Assembly: GCA_043228905.1 (NCBI GenBank)
Contig: JBHGNT010000006.1
Span: forward strand, 7,378,001-7,442,000
Reading direction: 5' to 3'
Source: Azolla caroliniana
Taxonomy: Eukaryota; Plantae; Polypodiophyta
Length of the DNA: 64,000 nt
Under the pieces are notes generated by a model. It made no database searches, had not been told where the DNA came from, and saw nothing but the letters and a program-made list of their open reading frames with translations. This document shows, piece after piece, positions 12,550-24,400 of the stretch; position 1 is the stretch's first letter; each line of letters begins with the position of its first letter. Made by a program: the position numbers and the translations under genes.

Positions 12550-13189
12550 AGAGGAATTGGTTTCTTCACATCAGTGTCCATTTTTGTCAAGTCGCAGCAA
12601 CATAATTAAATATCTTGTAAATATGATGTAATACTCTGTAAAAAAAGACAATAGGGTAGTCATTGTATAACTAGAATTACCACTTACACTTTCATGTATA
12701 TAAAGTAACTCGAATTTGTATTTTGGTATCATGTGGAATGAAACAATAAGTTAATGCCAAACACTTTGTTGCTTTCTGTTATTTGCTTGGGATAAATGTA
12801 ACATTTTTAGCAAGACATTTTTTTGTTTAGAAAGTGGACTCTTGTACTCAAGTTGGGAAATGAAAAAAACCTCAAAAATCTGAGAGGTAAATAAGTTTGC
12901 ACAGGAAGAGTGCATTATAAGCTTGGAAAACTAATGATGCAATCGTTTAGATGTGGGGAATATCTTTACCTGCATTCTTGCATATTGGTTGATTAATCAT
13001 GAGTGTGAATCAGAAAGAAATAAATATTAACATCTTCTAATACCAGATTCTGAGAAATTGTTTAAAAGTACTAATATTTGAGTAATGAGAATTTTGAAAT
13101 AATAAAAATGAGATTTGGAAAACAAATATATGAAGCATATGGATGATGTGGTAGAAGATATGATGCATTCAAATTACATAATTTTATAG

Positions 13190-14210
13190 CAAAATATACA
13201 TGCATTACATGGGCATTGTATGCATTACATCCATGCATACATATACAAATCTATAAAATGCATATATTACATTCATCCACCATCCACACATACATTATAT
13301 GCACACGTATAAGCATACTTAATGCATATTGACTAAATACGAACATATGTATGTGCATACATTACAATATTTAAATACATAAATACTAAACACACAAATA
13401 CAAATAAGTATATACATGCATGCATACGTACAAGATATGAATAGATAGATACATTACAATATACAAATGCATACATAAAATATACATACACATGTAGCAG
13501 CACGCATCTACATACATGCATGCAAACACACATGTAAGAGATAATGCAAACATTACAATATTCACATGTATACATACATGTGTCTACACACATGCATGTA
13601 GAGATATGTACATACTACATACGTGACAATATATAATTACATGCATACTACATATGGAAATAGTTGTTGTGACATGCTTAACATACAATGTTTATACTAA
13701 CAAAAACCTAGACTACTTATTTTTATGTGGATACTTATGTGTATGTGCATGTCTATGTTTGCAAGCATATATGTGTCTATGTATACACATGTGGGAAAAG
13801 AAGGATTGTGAGTGTCGAGAACAGAAAGATAAAGGTCCAAAATAAATAGATAAAGTGGCAAAGGGCTTTGTGTTTAAGAGATAGAAAAGGAAGAGAATTC
13901 TTTCTCCTTTTCTCCTCCCCAACCCCAAGGGAAAAAATAACAAATAAAAACAAAAGGTGGCCCTAATTGGGGCGGGCATCCTTGTAAAAGGGGTTTACCC
14001 AAGCTAAATTATAGTTGTCCCTAGTGAGTGCGTATGTGTTTGCTTGTGTATGTTCTTGTTTGTGTGTTATATGTATGTGTCTAAATTTGTGTGTGTGTGT
14101 GTTATGCGTATGTGCATGTGTCTATAGTTGCAGATATGTGGGGGAATGTTTTTTGTTTGGTTGTATGAGGTTTCTTTTGTGGGTGTGTGTTTGGTTGAAT
14201 ATTTGTGTTG
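13190..14210. repeat. Alternating purine-pyrimidine low-complexity region, (TACA/TGCA)-rich then (TGTA/TGTG)-rich
   Basis: Mixed ATAC/ATGC/ACAC runs at 13190-13700 and complementary TGTA/TGTG runs at 13730-13790 and 14020-14200. Confidence 0.75.
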
Positions 14211-15271
14211 AATACGACAAGAAAAGACAATAAAAAGGGAAAGGAAAAGGAAGAAAGAAGGAACATGAACATTGGTGTTCCAACGGTCGGGGTCCAAAAT
14301 ATATAAATATTGTGGCAAGTCTCGAATTTTAATAAGGAAAAGAAGAGAATAAATAGGACGAATAAACCCCTTTCCTAGTCTTCGCCCTAATCCAAGGGTG
14401 TGAGAAAAATAAGAAGAAAATTAAAACAATCGATGCTTTATCAAACCATTTTTTACTTGGCACCATTGCAATGTATCTGGTTAATCAAAACACAATTCTT
14501 CGATCAAGACATGACTTTTATGAAAGTTTCCCATTGTTGTGCCATTTTGAAACTTGGTCCTTTGCAACATATATATCAATCATCTTGCCACATCTTGCTT
14601 ATACATGTAAAATCATTTGTATCATTGCATAAAGATATACTAGAGAGAGACAAAAAGTATGTATGGTGGTACTATCAAGAAAATTTACGTGTGATCTTAA
14701 TGTAGCATGGCTGAGGTGTGTAAGCATGCTTCTTGCTAGAGTATTTCAATGTAGAAGCAATGTGTAATGTATATGTTTTCTAGCATCCCCATCGTGCATC
14801 TGTGAAAGAGCCCACTTTTCCAGAGGATATTAACTAACCATTAAAGTATCATGTAAATGTACATGTTTGATAACGAATTCCATCATCAATAAAGCATACG
14901 ATCAATTTCGGGAATCGAAAAGGAGTTTTTTTGTTACAAATGTATAGCTTGCGAGTTCATTGATATCAAAGACCCTACTGGGTTGAAAGTATCGATTTTA
15001 TTATGAGCGAGCAAGCATGATTACGACATGCAAACACAACCCAAGAGAGATAATGTGCAATGCCAAGTTCCAACAAACACGATATGCGACAGTGGGGTGG
15101 GGGGGTCTTTGAATGTGAATGGCTCGTGAGACGAAGTTTGAAATCTGGAAGAGACATGATACGAGACTAGAGAAGGAGTTTTCGAGCTATTGATCTTTGA
15201 CCAGACATATGTATAAACATACATAGAGAAACAAGTAGGATTGGGTCCCAGAAGAGAGTCCAGAGACACAT

Positions 15272-15535
15272 CATAGTACGTAAAATTCGTGTTCGTCTAG
15301 TATAACATTCGTTTTCCTACGTTGGAAAACGAATGCGAATGTTATCCAAACATTCTTGTGTTTTTTTTTTTGTTTTTCCCCCATTGTTTTAATGTTTTTT
15401 TGTTTTTTTTTTCATTTTTAGGCTTATCTACCTCATAATAAATAGTTAATCCAAAAGAATGGTATTTATCATTCTTTGAGGGTATTTTCTTTCGCGAATG
15501 CGAATGCACGTATGGTACGTATGGTTCATACTATG
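15272..15535. mobile_element. Non-autonomous hAT-type MITE (264 bp)
   Basis: TIRs CATAGTACGTA and TTCATACTATG (reverse complement CATAGTATGAA). Perfect 8-bp TSD AGACACAT at 15264-15271 and 15536-15543. Subterminal ATTCG/CGAAT repeats. Confidence 0.9.
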
Positions 15536-15808
15536 AGACACATCATAAAGCCACACATAAATTATGTACATACATAGTTGAAAGTTCTATATGGAAAGAT
15601 TGGGCCTACTTCTGTAATATTTTGAAACATGAAGAAGTAGATAGATACATTTATGTGCAGATATCTCCCTCTCTCTCTCTCTCTCTCTGTGTCTCTCTGT
15701 CTCTACTGACTGCATTTAGAGACAGAGCAGACACACACGCTCACTCACAGAATTGAACATGTAATTACATACATACATCTCCTCAGTTGTCTCAAGCGCC
15801 CATCAATC

Positions 15809-16026
15809 ATGCCGGTTTGCTCCTCTTACCTTTCATCTCTCTTTTGTTTTCTTGCTCTTTTTTCTTTCTCGTATATTGCAGTTGCTCATGAAAAATGTCT
15901 CTGTACATTAATAGATGCTTAGAGCAAAAGTTTGCTCACAGAACCCAAGGGGTTGTTGTTATGCTCCATTTGGGGTTTTTTTATCTTAAATCCAACATCT
16001 TTTCAACATGTTTATCTCTGTGTCTC

Positions 16027-16059
<33 letters not shown>

Positions 16060-18495
16060 GAATTCCTTGTTATTTGATGATTTGGGTTGATCTGTTTTCT
16101 AAGAATGTAAATGAGAAGGATTCTCCATAATGAACTGATCATAGGTTGTTTAGCCTGAATATTTAATGTAAGTGTGCACAAGATGTCTAAATAAGCAAGA
16201 CTTACAATATGTACCCATTTCAGTTCATAGTATTGGGATATGCAATGCATCGTCAAACGCTATGAGTAGGTATTTACATCCATTTATTTTGATGCAATGG
16301 TTTAAAACACCGTGGAATAGGTGATGTACAAAGAGATCAAATTTTACCATAGCTTAGCATAATGGGTTATTCTAGTGTGGCATGAAGATGCTGAGGCTGA
16401 ATGTAAGTTGTTAGTTATACTCCAATTGTTCGTATTTTGAACTCTCTCTAATCCAGTCTGATTCATTCTATTCTACTATCCATGGCCGAAAAATGATTTA
16501 GGATCCCTCCCACAAGGATTCTTAGATTATTCTGTTCGTTGAATCATCTTGATCCCCTATTATATCACCGTTCTTGTATAGTTCAATTTTTTTCAATTTA
16601 TGGTGATGAAGATTGTTTCCACATGTTTTGCCTCAACACATGAGTTTATAAATCTCAAAAAACCATACATTTATTCTCCTTAGCTTGCCATTCATGTTTT
16701 AGGAATTATTAGCTTTTCTAGCGTATATTTTGAAACTCCGAAGTACCATAGTTTTTTTCAATACTTCTCCAAATTCTCTATTGTTGGGTAAAGACTCAAG
16801 GGTTCTCCTCATTAATACTTGTGCAAACATTATACTTGCCTGTTGCCATTTGGGTCACTGGAAATTTAATAACCTGTTCACATTGTCAAGTGGTCAAAGT
16901 GCCCACTTTAATAAAATGATGTCCCAAAACCTCAAACCCGAGATTTGGAGCTAAAACTTGTATGAGCTCTCTGCCCCTCTCAGCTCGCCTGCGCCATCTC
17001 TCTCTCTCTCTCTCTCTCACAGACACACAGCTATAATTTGGAATAACAGATATTTCAGGGATATTTTGGAATAACAGATATTTCTCTTTTTCAGTGGTTG
17101 GTTGAAGTCACTTAAGAAATAACAGATATTCAGGGATATATTGGAGTGGTTCACTAGATTTCTTTTATCATTTTCTAACGCTGTGCCCTAATGAAGGTTG
17201 TTATAATGCAGTGGCGAAAGAATACTACTATCCCAAAGTTTGGAAACTGGGATAAAAAGGAGGACTTATCCTACAGCATTGTTTTTGATGCAGCTCGAGC
17301 AGATAAAGAGAAATTTATGTACATGTCGCATGAAGAGGAACATGAGAGAGCTCTCTTCCAGAAAATGAGTAAAGAATTGAACGTGACCCCCTGTCAACCA
17401 AATTTAGAAGCGAAAACCAATGATCTCGCAGATAACAATGTGAAGATTCCATATCATCATACTCCCATTATTGGTAATGAAATTCCAAAGCAGACAGATA
17501 GCCTTGGATTGAAATATTCTATTAATGGTGAGCCTACATATGAGATCAAGGAAAATAGATTTGAAAATCATGCTCAATTTCTATATGAATCCCACCATAG
17601 AAAATTGCAAGGGAAATCAAATGAATCAAGGACACAAGGAAACCCAGCTGCTAAAAAGGTATGTAAATCCTATACAAAAATTCTTTTCAGTATAGAATAT
17701 AAATACCTTGTGCAATTGAAGCAAATCTTCAGATGCCTTCCCTTAAGATTAGTAAAAAAGAGGAGAGAAAGAGAGAAAATAGTAAAGGATGAAGTCATCC
17801 CCTGGGAATGAAAGAACATCTCAAATGTACTGGTAGAGAACAGAGAAGATTAAGCAGTAAATGATTGAAATCATTCCATAGATATTAAAACAAAACAAGG
17901 TGAAACAATGATTCACATGCCTAAGCATTAGCAAGAAAGGAGAGAAATGGAGTAAAAATAATAAAGAATAGAGTCATTACATGGTAGGGGAGTAGAGGGA
18001 AGATACGAATCATTAAATGACTAAAATCATTCCCGAGATATTCTAATAGAAGAAAGCTGCAATATGCATGCCTAAGGATTAGAAAAAAGTGTGTTTGTGT
18101 ATATTTTCGTTTACTTTACAAACCATACTTGATACTGAAATTTTTCTTGGTGTGATCCCAGTCAGACAAAACTTCTGTGCCTAGATTCGGTAACTGGAAT
18201 GTTAGGGATGATTCATCTAAAGAAGGCTTCACAGTGATGTTTGACAGAGTGAGAAATGAGAAGTCGAAGTCTGGTGAAAGGACTGCACTTGGAAACATTT
18301 CTCCATTGAACTTTCCCAAAAAAGATTTACATGTCAGCTCAAAAGGCTCCAAAATAATCAAAAAGAGAAAGGTGAACATCTCTCATCTCCTTGTAAAATT
18401 ATAAGAAAATGATTAGAAAGTTATTTTGTTCATGTATTTCTATTGTCTTTCTCATCTGTTCTCCTTACTTTTAGATTCAGAAGTTACTAGTGTAG
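15809..18495 (+). CDS. RIN4: RIN4-like protein with two NOI / AvrRpt2-cleavage domains
   Basis: Proposed micro-exon ATG CCG|gt at 15809-15814, then exons 17212-17658, 18162-18371 and 18475-18495. N-NOI IPKFGNWD...SYSIVFDAARADK; C-NOI VPRFGNWN...EGFTVMFDRVRNEK. The first and last exons are less certain. Confidence 0.85.
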
Positions 18496-20511
18496 GAATT
18501 GGTGCCATGATAGTGAAGAATATTTTTGTTTGTGGATGAACGTCTCTCATGTTAAAGACTTTTGAAGTTTAAATTTGGAAAAGGTAATTCATTCCATGTC
18601 CATGGAGAAGGGAAGTTGAGGAGTTGAACCATAGGCCTAGAAACATAGAAATCGGTGCTGTGATATTGAAGAATGATAAAGGAATGGCTTCTCCAACAAG
18701 ATATTACATGTCAATTCGCAATGTGGAAGCATCACATTTTTATCCCTTAATGGTTTATATTGACTATTATACATTACTGAAAATCTGAGATTTAATATAT
18801 AGAAATGCACGATGATGTTGTGGTGGTGCGTTGCAAAATATTAAGTTTGTGGGTGGATTTGAGCCTTGAGCAATTGGTTCTATATTGCGTTTATTATAAA
18901 ATCTCTTTTGTAATTTTAGTTTGAGCTATAATTAAAATTTCTTGATAATTTTAGTTTAATTCACACATATTTTTGTTCTTCTCTTTAAAAAAGGGCTTTA
19001 CAATATTGACAAAGTTTTTTTGTATTGATTTCATAGGAGATTATGACCTAATCTCGGAGATTGTAATCATGTCTTCATATATCAATGTAGACGTGTAGAG
19101 GGGATCAACACATCTTTCTTTCCTTCTTTCTGTTTTATTTTGTCACTCATGATTAATTTTGATTTCGGGTTTCTGGATTGTGTCCTATCATGTACGTTGA
19201 AATTGATTGATTTAAAAATTTTCGCAAAGTTTTCTTTTTCGGTTTCATTCCACAAGTTATTAAGTAATGTTTTACTGATTTTTCACTCATATTAACCAGA
19301 CTTTTGGCCAGATTTTCTGTTTTGGTTGTTTGGCAGGGTCGCCGTGATTCTATATATTTGTTGAAGACTTCATGTTCCGAAGTACATTGTGTGATAAAGC
19401 TATGGTGGGTTCACATAGAAAATACATATCGAGTATTTTATGTTACTAGAAACTGCAAATTTCTATTATAAATTCCTTTGCTCGAGAATATGTATATATA
19501 TACATGAGAGAGGGTTATGCTGCTTTGGTGATAACACTCTAGTAGCAAACTTTCTGTTATCATGGAGAAATTGTGAATTATTTTTCCTTAATTCTCTGCA
19601 AGTATGGATTTCACGAATTTGAACCCTTTCTATGTTCTTGAGTCATTTGTTTTGGAGGTGGCATTGATATAATTGCTACTGATTCCCTCAACAAATTTTC
19701 AAACCTATGAAGTCAAATTTTCGAGATGAAGTAGTTACATGCTTTGAGGAAGAATTTATATGTATTTGAAATTAATTGTCGGGCATGGACATATGGCATG
19801 TTTCTCGTGAGTATTATATTGAATACAAAGGCCCAATTGCATGTTCTACATTTATAGAGGCCCTTTCTAAGTATAGTTTTCTCCACTCTCCATTTATAAA
19901 GGGCATTTCATAGAACCTGGATTTTAGGCGAGGTTAGTGTATCATGTAGCAACTTGGTGCTATATTCATGCCTCAGTGCCAAGTCAATTGAGCATGAACA
20001 TGGGGTTGGTGTATCCTCTTGACTTTGATATTATGGTACTTGAACATTGCACACAATGTAGCTGTTTCTTTTGTTGTGAATTCATGTCTTTCTAGGGATT
20101 TGGTTGTGGGGAATTCATTCACATTGCAAGTTGTAGAGTTCTTTGAGGGGTTGGTTGGGGATATGAGAATCGTTTGTAAGGATGGGGATTTGATGGTTAT
20201 TCAATTTCTCCTAGTATCATCACTAAACAAAGGTACTCTTGTTTGGGGATTCTTGTTGAGTTCAAGCAATGGACTATATGCTACTAAACATTGACATGGT
20301 TGGGATTGTATTGTCCATGGTGTGGAGGTGATGGGTATGTTTGGAACTTTGAGAAGAGACAAGTGATGAACCATGCAAAGTTTTAGTAGGATTTGTTTTT
20401 TAGTTTGAAGTTGACCATTTGTGTGCATACTATCTTAACCAATTATTTGTTTAGGGGTTGTTGCTGAGAACGGTGATTCATAATTTATTCTTTTACCATT
20501 ATACTTGTTAT

Positions 20512-20697
20512 TCATACGCATTGTTTGTTTAGTGCTCAACAAGTGTAATGGATTTCCTCTAGTATTTCAAGTGGGTGCTATCCTTTATTACACTAAAGTT
20601 TTTCCAACTTTAACTCATACGCATTGTTTGTGTAGCACTCAACAAGTGTAATGGATTTCCTCTAGTATTTCAAGTGGGTGCTATCCTTTATTACACT
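20512..20697. repeat. Direct repeat, 2 x ~83 bp, period ~103 bp
   Basis: TCATACGCATTGTTTG...CTATCCTTTATTACACT occurs at ~20512 and ~20615. Confidence 0.9.
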
Positions 20698-21442
20698 GAA
20701 AGAACAATAATTTCTTGGCGACCTACTGTTTGAGGCAACTATTTTTTTGTTTTTTCATTAAGATGAGTGATGATGGTGTGGGAATTGAAGCATATTATCA
20801 TGAGTAGGTGAGGAGTTTTTTTAACTCACATCTTGTGTTGTCAGTACAAGATGTTGCTGGTAATCATCGTGATGGTGACATGGTCAGGTGAGATGGTTGA
20901 TGTGGACTGGACGAAGCAGGTTTTATATTTTTCATTAGGATGATTGATGATGGCGGCAGGGATTAAAGCATATTTCCATGAGAAAAGGATGAGTGATGAT
21001 GGTGCGGGGGCCGAAATGAAGCAGATTTTTGTTTTGGGATAAGGATGAGTGAAGATGTTGTGGGGGTCGAAGCACATTTTCTTGAGGAGATGACAACACG
21101 TTATTATTATGTTGTTAGAGGTAGCTGAGTTTGGTGGGAATCGTTGGCATGGTTGCACCGTATTTATTCAAATTGTAGAAGTTGTGAACAATCTGATCTG
21201 TTTCAATTTGTAGGACAAGATGATGCTTTCTCTCTTCGAGGAAATAATAGCTTGTTGTACACACATGTCGAAGAAATGAGTTTATTGAATCCTTTTAGCA
21301 TGGTTTATGGGAGATGTGGAATCCATATGATGGTAGCAAACTACATCAAAAACTGAAGGAATGATGAGTAAATACATGGTTCACCACATTATTTTATGGT
21401 CTTTATCAAAGGTTGTTATTAAGTGGACTTGAAAAGACCTCG

Positions 21443-24400
21443 AGAAAGAAAGAAAGAAAGAAAGATATATTAACGTCTTCTAAGGCCAAAATTGGCCCAT
21501 GAGACAAATGGTTTACAACAAAAATGGGATATTTACCCATTCATCGAAGTAAAAATAAAATAAGATGAAAAATAGAGTTTAAGCTAAATAGTTCTAAAAA
21601 ATAACAAACATGTTTTATATAGAAACATGTTCTACTACAATGAAAATGGTGTTATACAATTGTTATTTTCATTTCCATCCAAGTCTCTCGAAGAGAAGCG
21701 GAAGGTCAAAGGGTTGCGATGTGGATGTGGCCCGTGGTCCCCATGTAAGAGGTACCCCAACCATAGCTTCTAGTCGACGTAGCTCACGTTCCCTTATCTT
21801 CTTAATCTTGTCTACTCCACGTTGACTTGTTTTGAAGCCCAACATTCGAGGGCGTTTCGTTGTTCTTTGCATTTCTGCTTCCTCAAGGGAGAGGCCGAGC
21901 GGCGTAAGTGTGTCCACATTCATCGTCTCCCCTTGTTCCTGAAAAATTACACTAGTTACATGGTGATGAATACTAAGAGGGTTATCGTTAGCACTTTGTA
22001 ATTTATTCTCCCTATGTTGTTTTAGGTCTAAGATATATCTACCTAGTCTCTTTACATTCGGGGTATCTAATAGTTTGGAGAGGGTGGGAGAGGGTCCTAG
22101 TATGTCTTGGTATTCCGCTCGTATCTCGGCATAAGTTGGGCATTTGCATGTGAAGTGATACTCATCCTCTATCTCTATGTGGCATAACCTACATAACCTT
22201 TCCTCTCTAGGGACTCTATTAGCCCGACCATTCTCAATCTCAAGTTGGTGAGATGATATCCTAAGTTGTCCAATGGCCACCCTTAGTGCATTTGATAAGA
22301 ATGTATCTAGATATCTTGGTCGTGTAATAAAGCCTAGCGTAGAGAAGCGCAAGAAGTGTTCCTTATAGTACACCATTTTAGATGGGAGTGGTTCTCGTGG
22401 GGTGATCCATTTGTATCGAGTGTAAATTTGCCATATTTCTTGGCGTATCACTTTATTACGATCTTCGTGAGAGATTAAAGTTTGATCAGTCCCATGGTTG
22501 TACTTAAGGGGAGGTAGGTTATTAATGTCTATGCCGTTCGCACGGAGCCAACTCACCACGATGCTATACCAAGAGCTAGTGTCGCCAGACACATATAAAG
22601 ATCGAGACGCCTCAAAGGCTCGACGGGATATCCTATCTTGTGGTTGGCTATGTATCCGATGAATAAAAACTACCACTTGAAAGAGTGCTTCTACTAACCT
22701 CGGGGGTAGACTGAACTCAGCTCTAATAATGTCATGTGGTACTGTCGATTTGCTTCGGAGTTGACGTGATAACATCGTCACTAAAGGTCTCTCTAATTGC
22801 GTCCACATGAAAGATGGTAAACCTGGAGCCCATACTACTGATGCATACATGAGGGACGGGGTCACTAATGAGTCAAAAAGCCATCCCTTAGTCCGTGGCT
22901 CTTGAAAGTATGCATGATGGCATTGTCTCTCTAAGAGTGAGAGGGATGCATACCCTCTCGTTAGCCTATCTTTGGCTGCCTGGGTCATCGAGAATTTACC
23001 TGAGCGAGCACTAAAGGTGACTCCCAAGTATACATACGATCCCACTACCTCAACTGGTTTATGAGAGAGGATTAGGTGACATTGACTCCTAACTCGGGAC
23101 GATGTATGAAAGATAAGGACTTTAGTTTTCGCTAAATTCACTACCAGTCCTCGTTGTGTACAAAAGTCATCTAGGGCATTAAGATGCTTTTGTAGGTCGT
23201 GTTCCGACTCTGAGAGCAAGACAATGTTGTCTGCGTAGAGTAAGAGACTAACTTGCGTCTCCCCAATAGCTACTCCCTTGCCTCCCTTACGAGCAATAAA
23301 ATCAATGATCTCATCAATGTAGATCCCAAAAAGAGTCGGTGATAGGGGGCAACCCTGTTTTACACCAATGGTGCTAGTGAAACAATCGGATAGGCCACCT
23401 GGGCATCTTACACACCCAGAGACTTGCTCATATAGGGCATAAATGGCCCAGATCATGTCATCTGGTATCTCCAAGCTCTTAAGTCTATCAAACAACCTTT
23501 CCCTAGGAACCGTGTCAAAGGCCTTGCGAAAGTCCACAAAGCAACAATATAGTTTCTTCTTACGAGCCTTTGTCTGGTCAATTAAGCACCTGAGTGTGAA
23601 GATATGGTCAATAGTGGAGAAGGCTCGTCTAAAGCCAGCTTGCTCAGGTGCTCGAAGACTTAATGTTTCCATATAATCACTGAGCTCCGCTTCCATTACT
23701 GCACCATATAGTTTAGCGAGCGTATGACCTATCATAACGGTCCTATATGTATTTGGGTCCATTGAGTCCCCTCCTTTATGTATAGGGGCCACTGTGTTCA
23801 TGGCCCATTGTGGTGGAAAACCCTCGGCGAGGGCGCGGTTGAAGATTAGAGCGAGAAGGGGGGCTAGGCACTCTCGAGCATATATGATGTGCTCGGCACA
23901 CAATCCTGTGTGGTCCATGGATTTCCTATGTTGTAATTTTTTGATGACCTTCGTGACCCTAGAGGTCGTGAAAAGTGTCCCCATGGTAGGTCGAGGTGTG
24001 GAGGGCATTGGAATGGGTGGTTGGTTCGGGACATGGTAGAGTCTCTCAATATATGTGTGCCAAATATTGGGATCCTCGATGGGTGTTTGTGGTCTCGGTT
24101 CCCGTAGCCTCTTCCATGCGAGGGCACAATCCCTACTCATGAGCATATGGTAGAGTTCCCAATATTGAGATGCTTCCCAAGCCCGTCTTTTACGACGTGT
24201 CATCTTGCGCATCTCTTTGCGAGCCTGTACTGAGGAAATAGTACCACTAAGCCGCGATACTTTAAGTTGTCTATACAACTCTCTACAATCCTCATCATAC
24301 CACTTGTTCTGTGGCATAGACCCAACTCTACTATGATTGGAGTCTTTCGTGTATGGGAAGCTACTAGTTGCTGCTGAGTGGAGGATGTGTGTGAGTTCTG

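Noticed and set aside
13333-14318. Cys/Val/Tyr/His-rich ORFs
   Set aside because: Translations of alternating purine-pyrimidine low-complexity DNA.
18900-21440. Intergenic region with GATGAGTGATGATGG-type repeats and short ORFs
   Set aside because: No coherent gene or TE structure that I could support.
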